DNA of 64,000 nt. It comes from Chiloscyllium plagiosum (Eukaryota). The DNA is taken from assembly GCF_004010195.1 (NCBI RefSeq), contig NC_057718.1, positions 61,835,318 through 61,899,317 on the forward strand, written 5' to 3'. Shown here piece after piece: positions 1 to 13,632 of the stretch (within the stretch, counting starts at the first letter, position 1; every line of letters begins with the position of its first letter). The position numbers and the translations under genes were made by a program. The notes below the pieces were generated by a model. The model was not told the DNA's origin, searched no databases, and worked only from the letters and a program-made list of their open reading frames with translations.

Positions 1-197
1 AATGAGCATTTACCTTGGCCAAACCACCTGACCTGCACATCTTTGGATTGTGGTAGGAAACCAGAGCACCCCGATAAAACTCACAAAGACACGGTAAGAA
101 TGTGCAAACACCATGCAGACAATTGCCCGAGGCTGGAATTGAACCCAGGTCCCTGGTACTGTGAAGCAGCAGTGCTAATACTGAGCCACAGTGCCGC
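1..197 (-). mobile_element. HE1-type tRNA-derived SINE, cut by the window start
   Basis: Reverse complement matches the SINE copies at 23429, 46754 and 48064 (cacctgacctgcacatctttgga, ggaattgaacccagg B-box, gcagcagtgctaa); more diverged than those copies. Confidence 0.85.
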
Positions 198-3100
198 TTT
201 GCAAGGTTTGAGTTGATAATGAAACGAAAACATGGATTATGGATTATCCAGTGAAAGTGCCTATTGTCATCTCCATAAAAGAAGCTATAATCTCGCAATT
301 CTGGTAAAACTCCAATTTTGATAGAAATATTTCTGAGTTTCCCAGAATCAAAGAATTAAAATAGGAGCTAAGCGAAGATGTGTTGTTTAACTTTTTTGAA
401 GGTCTTCTGTTTATTGATGGAGACAAGTATTCAGTTTGGGAACAGACATCGATAGCATTGAGAGACAACAGGGGGTGATAGTAATTCAGATCTGCATTTC
501 AAGCAGAGAAAGTACTAACTTCATGATTCACTTCATGAAATGCAGCTGTGTCATTTCCTCAGTTTGGGTTTTGTGAGGAAAAGGCAGCTGGAAGAATTCC
601 TTTAGTTTGTAGATAATGGAACAATCAACAGTGATTCTCATAGACAATTGAGGTGCAAAGCAGTGAGCAGAGTTAGCTTGAAAAGCTGTGGGAAACCAGT
701 TGAATATTTGCTGGTAACCCATGCAAGAAGTGGAGACATCGCCAGGCATAAGGTCTATAAAGAAAAAGTGGACAGTCACATTGCTAAAATAGTAATGGGA
801 GGATCCCCATCTAATTTCCACCTCAAGGGATAGCTGGAATACTCAGAAGTGGCACAAGGCTGTGACACAATTTTGGGTTGATCACAAAAAATGTGAATGA
901 AACTTCCAAGATTTCATAAAGGAAACTTTGTAGTTGGGCATGTGGGTAAAAAAAGAACCAAGTCAACTGCATAACATAAGTAATTATAAACTATGTTGTT
1001 AAGTTAATTGTGTTTAGCGAATTATTTTATACAACATAGTTTGTTTTTGTTTCAAAATGTGAAATCATAGCCTTGTTAGTGATCGCTGGATGTTGAACCA
1101 CTGAAGTCCATAATAGGATCATAAACCTCATTTACCCAATGTGGGAAGGTAACCTTGAAAAACAGGCCTATCTCTCAGTATTCACTGACAGATTTTGCTG
1201 GATTATGTTTGCAGCTTTAGGACTGGAGCACAATGTTTAGACTTGTGGAGACATGGCAGGCAACTCATGAGAGGCTCATTTGGATTGGCCCCAAGACTCC
1301 GAGTTTGGTTGCACTTTCTGCACTGCATCAATTCTGAACCTGAAAAGTCCAGTCTAGAAAAAATTCTACCCATCAGAATCAAGGCAAACCTAATTAAATA
1401 CATTTCTTCATATAAAGCTAGATATCTTTCTTACCTAAATAAAACAGCACTCCTTCAATGCAAGCTCTAGATTGTGTTGAAATGTAATTGTTGTCATTCT
1501 AAGATCTGAATAGATTCATTATGGCTCTCTGTGAAGAATCTATTTATCTCTCTTTTGTTTCCAATATATTGGCCATGATTTTATTGAAGTTGGGACATTT
1601 GTTTGAGATCCTATCATATCACTGATATGTTGCTAACTGCATTCATTTTTGGGAAAGATTTTCAAAGACAAAAATGATTATTGTGATTGAGAAGGTAATC
1701 TCAACTACATATTAACATTAACTTGTTTGGTAACTCAACATGATAGGCAGAGTAACTCACGGGAACACAATAATCCAGGAGCTAAAATCAAAAACGGCTT
1801 TTATGTTGCAGTCTGGCTCAATTTCTACACTAACTGATGATCTAGATCACTGTGCACCACTAAGACATCTGCACACAACTTAGGCTGACATTTCACACAG
1901 TACTGAGAGCGACAACCCATTTTCCAAATAATATTAAATCAAAGTCCACCTGCCAATTCATAAAAGCCTGAACATCCACGAGGAGACAGGGTTGATCTGG
2001 GAATATATGTTTCCAGATTAAAATTACAGAAAATTGTGGAATGCGACTGTCCTAGTAAACTTAGTTGCAGGACTTAATCATTTCGAAAAAAAAAACAATT
2101 TCTGTCTCTTAGCAGCCAGCCAGATTGGGAGGCTGGCAGGTTGCCAATAGGGATATTCAGCAGTGGAAAGCCTTTGCTAGATTATCAATTCAAAGGGAAA
2201 GATCTAGGAGAGAACAGCAGGTCAAAGTAAAAGATTTTACAAGAGACTGGAAGAAGCGATGCTGGTCCTCTTGGCCCATAGCCATTTAAGCTCTTTAGCT
2301 GATGCATTAAACTTAAACTTACCAAAATTAGAGGAATGAAGCCTTATCTCAATATTAGAAACAAAGAGAAGTTTCACCAAAGCAGTTTATTCAGGAACCC
2401 AAAACCTGCCACAGTCACACTGGAAGCAGAATTGAGGTCACAAATTTACTGATTTGACATGCCTCGCACAGACTTCCTCCTGTCAGTCAGGAGAGATTGA
2501 ATTTGTTCCCTAAGAGACCCCAAGGTATTGTGGAAGAGCAGTGAGCTATGGCAGTGTCCTCAGCTTATTTATCTCCCAAATACATCGAAAGCAAAGTAAA
2601 TGATCATTCATCTCAATTTGCTATGGGACCTTGCCATTTCCAGGTTGGCTACTGTAGTAAACTGCAATTACACTCACTCTCACATTTTAAAATATGTTTT
2701 ATGGGTGTTGCGAAATAAACACATGCCTGGCTTTCTTTACTGTACCTTTGACTGAACCCAAAACAATCTCCCTATGTCACAATCTTCTTTCCATCTTTGA
2801 AGTCTGCTGCTAACTTTGTACAGGCCAATTAGATACTCAAGACAGGTAGTTATGTGGGTCATTTACAGATCTAAGAACAAATAGGCGTTCGCTGCCAGTT
2901 GAGCATGATTAGTCACTCTACAATGGTAGAGACATAAACTATGTTTGACCCAGCCATTGGAAGTCCCAACATCAACACTGCATAAAAGCAAATTATGTGC
3001 ACACGACTCATGAAGCAGCTTTAATAGAAGCAAGATGACAAACCCAATTGAATCATGAGGAATCAGAACAATTGAAATATGCCAACAGTTTAACAAAAAC

Positions 3101-3519
3101 AGCTTTGGAGCAATGAGATCTCTGGATATTCTAATTCATCACATTCTCCATACATTCCAAATTGTGGTGAGACCAGTTAGCCCTTCTGCCTTTTGAAACA
3201 CGTGGGTGGAAAAGCAGTTCTCTTTGGGGGGGGGGGGGTCCGGGAGACAGGGATATGGAAAAGATGATATTACATGAAATTTATTGCATTAAAGTAATGA
3301 CCATGAATTGAATGATGTTACTCACAAAAAAAACACATTAAGAGTTGGTTTAAATCCAATAATTATATACCTTTTTGAAAAGAGAAGCCAACAATTATAC
3401 AGCAGTCTCAAATTAACATCCCTCACTAGGTAACATAGCAATGGCCACAAACATCTCCCGTCAATCCACACAACTACTCCTCAATGCATTCACCTGTTCT
3501 GACGAGCCTTCAGTTTTTT

Positions 3520-3830
3520 TGTGTCAGATGACTGTGATTGAGATCTTGAGCACAGCATCTACGTTGGTACTAGCACTGATGGAAAGCTAAGATAGACATC
3601 AAACTGATGTCTCATTTGCCTACTCAGATGGATTTAAAGGTTTCCATGTTCTATTTGAAGAAAATCAAGGGCACTGTCCAATATTCTGACCAACATCTTC
3701 AGTCAACAACCATAGAACCCTTAAACATTACTGTGCGCGGAAACTGGCTGAAAATTAGAACAATGGCCATACTTTGAAAGTAAATCATGGTGAAAACACT
3801 TTGGGATGCACTGAATATCTAAGAACTATA
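3520..3830 (+). mobile_element. Highly decayed DeuSINE-like (SacSINE1/AmnSINE1-type) relic
   Basis: Remnant motifs cttgagcaca, ctcagatggatttaaagg, ctatttgaagaa, ccaatattctgaccaacat, actttgggatg resemble the Deu-domain SINE layout as I recall it; not verified by alignment. Confidence 0.35.
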
Positions 3831-6800
3831 ATACTGCAAATTCTTTGTTTATTTTTCAGCAATTATAGCTTGCATTCTTTTTTTCAAACCATTATATGGA
3901 CCTAGCTTTAAATCACAATAAATTTTGAAAAATATCCCCATAGTAGTCCTAGCCCACCCTCCAATTGGCCAGGTATCCACTGTTTAGTGTGAAAGGAGGA
4001 GTAAAACATTGCGGCAATTCAAAATCTGTGGAGGCTGAGATTAACCTGGCAAAATATTCTGAACAGGGACAAAGCTGCATTACCACCTTTACGATTTAAC
4101 TAAAATCCTCACTCAATCTTTGATTCAGTCTTGGGAAGCTCCTTTGGCATCATAAAGCCATACACTACTTCATTTAACATCTCACAGCAAAATTATAAAC
4201 AGCACTCCATCATAAAAATAACAAATTGAGGAGCTTAGACCGCATAATCAAATGAAATACTTAGGCTGGAATATAAACATATAGTAATGCAAAACAACTA
4301 ACAAAAGTTACAGTTAGGGTAGAGAGTCATTAAGTTAAAATTCAACAAGCTTTTTTTTTCTTTACAAAATGCAGTATTTTGATATTGCAGTGAAAATGAT
4401 CATAAGGTCAAACTGTAAATAAATAGCAAATGCCTTAACAGTCCTTTATCCAATGAACTCACATTTTCCTCAAGATTTTAAGCAATCCTAAACAAGAGCA
4501 GAGAGTGCAGAAATATACAGCATGCCCTCTGGCAAATGTAAAAAAAACTTAAAATTTCAGGTGCAACTCCTGAACTCTGCTGGAAAGCACTGATATCCTC
4601 CAATTGCATTGTATTTATATTGGCAATCACAATGAGCTGTACAGCTGATATTTCAACTAGATCCTCTCTTTGGAGTAGGTTTTCCAAGAATTTGCACCGA
4701 CAAGCAACTTACAAAATGTATCATCACCTTCACCTTACAAGCAAGCAGATTTTGACCTTAAATAGAAAATACAATTGAATCCAATAACTAAGTGATTTGA
4801 TTTATTTAAAATGTAACTTGATTCTCTGCTTAGCACAAGAGTACCAACAATAGTAAAAAAAAAGTAATGTTTACCAATACTTTTTGCAAATGTAAATTCT
4901 TCCCATTCACTTTGAGGAAGACAGCTCCTTTATAACAGGTATTTTTATATTACATCAAAATACTTTCAAAACAAGAAGTGAATTCTATTATGATTCAATC
5001 CTGGGCAAGGTTCTCCAGATTGATTTGATTCCAGCTCCTAGGTGTGGAGGGATGAATTGACTTCCCTTCTTTATTCAACCACCTCATCATCGAAATGAAA
5101 CAAGGTTAATTTGAAAGGGATTATTTCCCTCACTCCAATACCACATTAACTTATGTTTGAAAGGAGCCAAATTTATCCAGGTTTTCTTGAGTTAACCAAG
5201 AATGAGTTTATTAATATTAAATATGAGAAAAATCAGTAATGCCACATACATATGCACCAATTAAAAATAAAGAGACAAGTCCCAAAATGATGAGAGTTTA
5301 GAAAAAAAACACAGATCAATTTCTGAATTGTTCACAAAGAGCATTTAGTTTTACATGACAGCTGTTACACTGAAGGTTACCATTAGCGTTGACATTAGAA
5401 GTTGAATAGTTGGTTTCATGATCCTTAGTTTTGTAGATTGGTTGAGATTCTGTAGTTCTGATTCTTTGAGTGTGATTGAATTCTTGCATTCAGTGTGAAA
5501 TTTTTGTCCTGTTTTCCTTTGAGCTGGCTGCTAACTAGCTGACTTCAGGGAGAACAGGTAACACAGGGGGAGCTAGGCAATAGTTTTTCAACTGTGACCA
5601 AAACAGCATGTTAATGCTCAAACCCAGATTAGTTCATGCAAGAATGTTCAATCCCACTGGCACACTCCAGTACAGTTGAAATAGGTTTCTTTTAAACTCC
5701 TGGCCTCATGTTTTCTTCAAAGGGAAAAACACAGAACATGTCAGCCATTTGGAACATAATTTGCAGTGGACTGTCAGCCATGGTTAACTTTGTTGTGACA
5801 AGAGATTACAGTCCAGTCTTGCCAGTTTTGACTTTCCTCTTCACTCCTTTGAAGGGCTGTTCTTTGAAGGTCCCTTCTCATCCATAGTTAAAAACATCTG
5901 TGGATCTCTCCCTCCAGACAGCCTGTTAATTCAAATCTGCTGTAATTTTTAGCAATATTGGCCCTCTTTTCAAAAACACATTTTGGAATGACAAGTTAAA
6001 AATGCCACTGTACTTTGGATTCTGACCATTGTCACATGGTCAGAATTCTCAATGGGTTTTGATTTCAATAAATCGTTTGAATATTCAATGATTTGTTGAA
6101 ATTTATGAATTGAAAAGATCTATTTGTTACAAGAATCTATGTTACTTCTCTAAAAAAAATGTACAATTCTGTAATGAGAAGGATCACAGTTTAAATTCAT
6201 ACAGAAACCATTTCAAAAGGAAAATCGCTGTTTTTAAGGAGAAAGCACTGCTCTCTTGGGACAAATATCAACAGGAAAGTTTGTTCATTTATCTAAAACA
6301 AATCATGGCAGGTTCCTGACACCCAATCAAAACTGTTAACAAATCCTTCTGACAATGGAATTTAATTAGAGAAATGTCAAAGCTACAAGTGCATGCAGCG
6401 ATAGGCACCAAAATGGAGACAGCATGTAGAACATGCACTGAGCCAAAAGCAGTGCAAATTTATTGTATATTAATTGAATATTTAATTAAATGCAAATGGT
6501 GGGCATTACTTGGGAGGCTCATACTCATATATAGAACAAATTGAAGATTTGTAATATGCATCTCTGTAAATAAAAGTTTCAAGACAGTGTGTAAAGTTTA
6601 GATTCAAACCAGATCTTTCACCAGCTAGTTTCCTGGAATAAAATAATGTAGCATAGCACAGATTGAACCATCACAGGGGCATGCAGCATGGACTCCACAA
6701 GAGAAGCAGCTAGCTTAGATAAAACTTAGATTGCATGCTGAAAATATACAGAGAACAAACCTGGAAATCACAAAGGAAATGTTAGTCATAGACAAACTTC

Positions 6801-7604
6801 GAGACAGCATGGGCAAAATACACAATGAAGAAAGAATTTGAATCGTTCAATTCTCATTAATTAATGGGCTGGCAAAGACAAAGGTGATGTGTCCTATATA
6901 CAATTATACTGCAATGAGATCTGTGTTAATGCTGATAGTATTTGACTCATGGAGTTAACACGGTAGTTTGAAACCGACAAATAATGCTGTGGAGAATTAG
7001 TAAGTGAGCAAATCCAGGACAATCCACCAGCCTTAGCCAAACTTTCTAAATTTACCTTGGAATGCAGCACACTGCATCAGACCTGCTCACTGGAGATATA
7101 CCATTTGCATGGGTCTGACATAAAATGAATGAAACATCTATGGGAAACCAAACATTTCAGAATGAGAGGAGGATCTACAGGGCAATATAAAAGGTAGCAT
7201 CTACAGAATTGAGAAGCTGTATTAGGCTTAGCATTGAGTGGTGAAACAGTAGATTTTTATCAATATCCTCCGAAAATAATTTGGTAATTTGAGGCACTCA
7301 TGAAGAACAAAAAAATGTTAGATGCATTCCACATAAAGTGGTATGTTAGGTACATGTTAAGGAAATACCATCTACCAAACTTTGGACTCTTTTGGCTCAT
7401 GTAAGAAATAGGGACAGGACCAAGCCATTCAGCCCCTCAAGCCTGTCTTACAGTCTACAAGACTTTTATATTTGCAAAGCTCTAGGAGTGCATTTTTCTT
7501 TTCAGTAATTGGGCACAAGAATTTGACTGGGCCAAACTCAGGGGCCAGTTGTTCATAATTTTATCTGTTGAACTGTGTAAAGTATTCAGTGTAGTAGTTA
7601 ATGT

Positions 7605-7860
7605 TACATAAGAAAACAAGAAATAGGAGCAGGCCATTCAGCCCTTCTATAACACAATAGCTAGTTTGTCCCAGGCCTCACTCCTCTTTCATACCAGTTC
7701 CTCAGAGACCTTAATTTCTTGAAATTTCAAAACCTATCCATTTTCTCTTTAAATACTTTGCAATCTAGCCTCCACATCTCTTGGGGTAGAGCATTCCAGA
7801 CATGCACTGCCCTCAGAGAATAAATTCCTTTGCACTCAGTTTAAATGAACCGCCCCTTAT
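7605..7860 (-). mobile_element. Old CR1-clade LINE 3' end fragment
   Basis: cataagaaaacaagaaataggagcaggccattcagccc tail pattern, followed by a decayed match to the ctccac...ggggtagagcattccaga RT C-terminal segment. Confidence 0.5.
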
Positions 7861-8967
7861 TACACATTACTAGATCCAAAATACCTTATTCCTGGGTACA
7901 GTCTGCAAGCATATTTCTCAAAGAAACAATGCCTGATGCACTCTACAAATCGGTCTTTCACATTAGCTTTGCCTATTTGATTTGTCCAGTCAATATTGAA
8001 GATCAAGGTCACCTGTGACAACTGTAGAGACCTTCTTTCACATCTCCTGATCTATACTTTGCCCTATAGTCATGCAACTTTTCGACAGCCTGGAAATGAC
8101 TCCCCCTTGAGAGGTTTTTCTTTTCTATTTCTTAGTTCCATCCAAACGGATTCCACATCACAATTTCCTAACTAAACTCTTCTGACACTCTGCTGCCTTT
8201 TTAAAAAAATCATCCACTGCCACTACCCTTCTCATGCATGCCCAGTCTCCCAGTCTGCTTCACAGAGATGCGGATGTGCTGCATCTTCTCCCAGTCTCTA
8301 ATAATAACAATCTTCGGAGAGAAAGTACTCCATAAATGGAATCTGATATCAAAAGCTCTAAGCAATCACTCTCTATACCCCACTTTCCATCTTTTCTTGC
8401 TGTGAACATTCGCAAGGCAGCCATGGAATATACAATGTTCTCAAGCAACAGAGATTATTTACTGTTGTTGTCCAGCATTATTTATTCAGTTTCGCTTATG
8501 AATCAATTCACCAACTTTGTTCCAATTCTATTCTAAAGATCCATATCTCTGGGGGGAGCAAGTTCTGCAAATTCCTGCTCTTGATCAAGCCGTAGTCATT
8601 GTGAACCTGACTTCTTTCGATTCTTTATCCAGGATATACATTAACTTCATGCAAAAGTGAAAGATACTTCCACTGGTGTTGCTTAATGAAACAAAAATGT
8701 TTTAGGCTGTCAGGTCCTCTAAATATTAACCCATTTCTTAAAAATTCTTCTACCATTTATCACACTATATGCTTCAGGCCAGCAAAAGACTCCAAGAGAA
8801 TACAGTTGATTTATCCACGTTAATATGATTTATCAGTCTTTTTTCATTGCTACAATGCATTACTGTTTCCTTAATCTGCAAAGTTTCCATTTCCAAAAAA
8901 AAAATTTTTTTACTTACAAGTATGTTCAGGCTCTGATCAAAAATTGCCAAAGCCCAAGCAACCTCTT

Positions 8968-11900
8968 GATAGACTCAGATGTACAGCATGGAAACAGTCC
9001 CTTCGCTCCAACCCGTCCATGTCGACCAGATATCGCAACCCAATCTAGTCCCACCTGTCAGCACCAAGCCCATATCCCTCCAAACCCTTCCTATTCATAT
9101 ACCCATCCAAATGCCTCTTAAATGTGGCAGTTGTACCAGCCTCCAGCACATCCTCTGGCAGCTCATTCCATACACATACCTCCGTCTGTGTGAGAAAGTT
9201 GCTCCTTTAGGTCTCTTTTATATCTTTCCCCTCTCACCCTAAACCTATGCCCTCTAGTTCTGGACTCCCCGACCCCAGAGAAAAGACTTTGTCTATTTAC
9301 ACTATTCCTGCCCCTCATAATTTTGTAAACCTCTTTAAGGTCACCCTTCAGCCTCAGACATTCCAGAGAAAACAGCCCCGCCTGTTCAGCCTCTCCTTAT
9401 AGCTCAAATCCTCCAACCCTGGCAACATCCTTGTAGATCTTTTCTGAACCATTTCAAGTTTCACAACATCTTTCCAATAGGAAGGAGACCAGTACTGCAC
9501 ACAATATTCCAACAGTGGCCTAACCAATGTCCTGTACAGCCGCAACATGACCTCCCAACTCCTGTACTCAATACTCTGACCAATAAAGGAAAGCATACCA
9601 AATGCCTTCTTCACTATCCTATCTACCTGCGACTCCACTTTCAAGGAGCTATGAACCTGCACTCCAACATCTCTTTGTTCAGCAACACTCCCTAGGACCT
9701 TACCATTAAGTGTAGAAGTCCTGCTAAGACTTGCTTTCCCAAAATGCAGCACCTCGCATTTATCTAAATTAAACTCCATCTGCCACTTCTCAACTCATTG
9801 GCCCATCTGGTCAAGATCCTGTTGTAATCGGAGGCATCCCCTTTTGCTGTCCACTACACCTCCAATTTTGGTGGCTTCTGTAAACTAACTAACTGTACCT
9901 CTTCTGCTTGCAGCCAAATCATTTATGTAGATGACAAAAAGTAGAAGACCCAGCACTGATCCTTGTAGCACTCCACTGGTCAAAGGCCTCCAGTCTGAAA
10001 AGCAACCCTCCACCACCACCCTCTGTCTTCTACCTTTGAGCCAATTCTGTAACCAAATGGTTAGTTCTCCCTGTATTCCGTGAGATCTAACCTTGCTAAT
10101 CAGTCTCCCATGGGGAACCTTGTCAAATGCCTTACTGCAGTCCATATAGATCACATTGACCACTCTGCCATCATCAATCCTCTTTGTTACTTCTTCAAAA
10201 AACTCAATCAAGTTTGTGAGACATGATTTCCCACACACAAAGCCATGTTGACTATCCCTAATCAGTCCTTGCCTTTCCAAATCACCGATGTCAGGCTCAC
10301 TGGTCTATAGTTCCCTGGCTTGTCCTTACCACCCTTCTTAAACAGTGGCACCACATTAGCCAACCTCCAGTCTTCTGGCACCTCATCTTTGACTATCGAT
10401 GATATAAATATCTCAGCAAGAGGCCCAGCGATCACTTCTCTAGCTTCCCACAGAGTTCTCGGGTACACCTTATCAGGTCCTGGGGATGTATCCACCTTTA
10501 TGCGTTCCAAGACATCCAGCACTTCCTCCTCTGTAATATAGACATTTTGCAAGATGTCACCATCTATTTCCCTACAATCTACATCTTCCATATCCTTTTC
10601 CACAGTAAATACTGATGTAGAATACTCATTTAGTATCTCCCCCATTTTCTGTGGCTCTATACAAAGGCTGCCTTGCTGATCTTTGAGGGACCCTATTCTC
10701 TCCCTAGTTTCCCTTTTGTCCTTAATGCATTTGTAAAAACCCTTTGAATTCTCCTTAATTCTATTTGCCAAAGCTATCTCATGTCCCTTTTTGCCCTCCT
10801 GATTTCTCTCTTAAGTATACTCCTACTTCCTCTCTACTCTTCTCAGGATTCACTCAATCTACCCTGTCTATACCTGACATATGCTTCCTTCTTTTTCTTA
10901 ACCAAACCCTCAAATTTCTTTAGTCATCCAGCATTCCCTATACCTTCCAACCTTTCCTTTCACCCTGATAGGAATATACTTTCTCTGGATTCTCATTATC
11001 TCATTTCTGAAGGCTTCCCATTTTCTAGCCGTTCCTTTACCTGCGAACATCTGCCTCCAATCAGCTTTTGAAATTTCTTGCCTAATACCATCAAAATTAG
11101 CCTTTCTCCCATTTAGAACTTCAACTTTTAGATCTGGTCTATCCTTTTCCATCACTATTTTAAATCTAATAGAATTATGGTCGCTGGCCTCAAAGTGCTC
11201 CCCACTGACACCTCAGTCACCTGCCCTGTCTTATTTCCCAAGAGCAGGTTAAGTTTTGCACCTTCTCTAGTAGGTACATCCACATACTGAAGCAGAAAAT
11301 TGTCTTGTACACACTTAACAAATTCCTCTCCATCCAAACCCTTAACACTATGGCAGTCCCAGTCTATGTTCGGAAAATTAAAATCCCTTACCATAACCAC
11401 CATATTATTCTTACAGATAGCTGGAGATCTCCTTACAAGTTTGTTTCTCAATTTCCCTCTGACTATTAGGAGGTCTTTAATACAATCCCAATAAGGTGAT
11501 CATCCCTTTCTTATTTCTCAGTTCTACTCAAATAACTTCCCTGGATGTATTTCCAGGAATATCCTCCCTCAGTACAGCTGTAATGCTATCCCTTATCAAG
11601 AACGCCACTCTCCCTCCTCTCTTGCCTCCCTTTCTGTCCTTCCTGTAGCATTTGTATCTTGAAACATTAAGCTAACAGTCCTGTCCATCCCTGAGCCATG
11701 TTTCTGTAATTGCTATGATATCCCAGTCCCACGTTCCTAACCATCCCCTGAATTCATCTGCCTTCCCAGTTAGGCCCCTTACATTGAAATAAATGCAGTT
11801 TAATTTGTTAGTCCTACCTTGTCCCTGGCTGCCCTGAGTGTTTGACTTGCTTCTTTTCTGAACTGTACCAGTCTCAGATTGATCTCTTTCCTCACTATCT

Positions 11901-12005
11901 CCCTAAGCCCTCCCCATCACCTTACTAGTTTAAATCCTCCTGAGCAGCTCCAGCAAATTTCCCCTTCAAATTTAGGTGCAATCTGTCCTTCTTCTACAGG
12001 TCACT
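8968..12005 (-). mobile_element. HER1-type CR1-clade LINE, 5'-truncated, frameshifted ORF2 (APE endonuclease + RT)
   Basis: Minus-strand ORF pieces carry CR1 motifs: DFNFPNIDW (APE), KPGNYRPVSLTS, SQHGF..GKSCLTNL, KAFDKVPH, QGSVLG.LLF.IYINDL, MEFNLDKCEVLHFG, LEYCVQYWSP. Internal deletions near 9905 and 10280; ORF1 stop context actagtttaaa near 11925. Confidence 0.92.
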
Positions 12006-13493
12006 GATAATTAAGCATATTTCAAAAGAAAGTTGCTTTGAAAGAAAGGTACTATTTGGATGGCATTTTCCCCACTCTCTTTCACTCTTGTAGTCATTGA
12101 AACCTCAATCCCGAAGCTTGCGAAGTGACCAGCTAATGCCCAGTTAGTCATTGTAATATCACAGCTGTCCCTGTATCCCAGCAGAACAGCTTTCTCATTG
12201 TCCAATGCTTGATGCTTTGTTTGTGGTCAGTTACTCAGCACAAAACAAAAGCTTGTTTGACCAACAGTGGTTCCAAAACAAAACTGTTAGAGGAACTGTT
12301 GTTGTGGGCCATGAATTGATGTTCAGACAACTTCACATCCTAACAACGTTCTCCTCAAACATATATATTAACAAGCGCACAATAGCATTTGTTATCCCTG
12401 TTAAATGAAAATGGGCAACTTAAAGGGCTACAGCAACAACAAATGCTTGAGGACATTCCCTTGGCTTCTGCTGTGTTTTAAAGTTCAGATTTCCAAACAC
12501 TTAAGTGAAAGGAGTTGTATCCACAGGTATAAGCCATCAATAACTGCCAGAAAACGGTTCCACACATGGCCTTAAACCATCCTATCAGTTCATCCCAATT
12601 TAATTATCTTTCCGTCCCTCCTGATGGTAGGGATGTTATTGGTGTAGTTCCACCGACATTGGCAGTCTCTTCAATAAGTCCCTAGTAAGTGAGCACAGAC
12701 AGTGATGCTAGCAGACTAACAATAGTTGAACTCAATTTGCCCTCACCCAGAATCTGCACTTACAAACCTTTGGACAACAGAACCATAGCTGCTCCAGTCT
12801 CCTGCACTCCACATCCAAAATATCTCACTCCTCTGTTCATTGTTAATTACTAATTTCAGCTGTGGTGCAATCAGTCTATGTGGTTCATTCAATAGAATTA
12901 CTCCCTTTGTCAGGGAAGCAGTTCTACAAAATAATCATTTTGGTTTTGCTGATGGAATCCTTCCAGTCAGTAACAGTTGCTACCAGAAACTACTAAATTG
13001 CTGTAATAGCTTCTAATTAGATGATGATTTGGAGTATGGTGAACATTCAGTTACAGATTATAGGATCATTCTGCACAGGAGGTCATTCAGTCCATCTTGC
13101 CTCTGCCACATCTTTGGAACAGCATTCCAATTAAGCCCATCTCCCTGCTCTTTCCTCACAGTCTTACAATTTTTTTTTTGATTTTCAATTACATATCCAA
13201 CTCCCATTTGAAAATTACTGTTAAATCTACTTTCCCTGCTATTTTAAGCAATAGATTCCAGATCATAACACGCAAAGTAACTTCCATCTTCCCTCTAGCT
13301 TTTACCAATTATATTACATTATATATAGATAACATTCCAGATGTTAACATGCTTCTATTGAAACCCACTTGATTTGTCAGTAGAGATTTCACTGTTCCCA
13401 TTACAGAGGGGAGCTTTCATGCCTGTTCCAAGCTTGTTTCACACGAATACTACGACACGAGTGCGAGTTGTACAGATTCCAGACTCAGTTTAC

Positions 13494-13632
13494 CTTGCAC
13501 TGCAACAAAGCTGTCTGCTCGATTCCAACGTTAAAACACTGCCTTTAAAGCTTCACTTCGTTTACTGACAAGCTTAGAAAGGCTGCATTAGCTGGGCGCA
13601 GAAACAACGTCCAGAGCAGTTGGAAGTTTATA
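13494..13632 (-). promoter_or_regulatory. Candidate minus-strand TATA promoter and non-coding first exon
   Basis: Minus-strand TATAAA at 13632-13627, local CpG enrichment (about 9 CpG in 13444-13610), and a donor-like AAG|GTAAAC at 13494/13493. No obvious repeat similarity. Confidence 0.3.

Noticed and set aside
5096..5991. Possible solo LTR (TG...CA ends)
   Set aside because: No matching TSD, no second LTR, PBS or PPT visible; cannot be supported without a repeat search.
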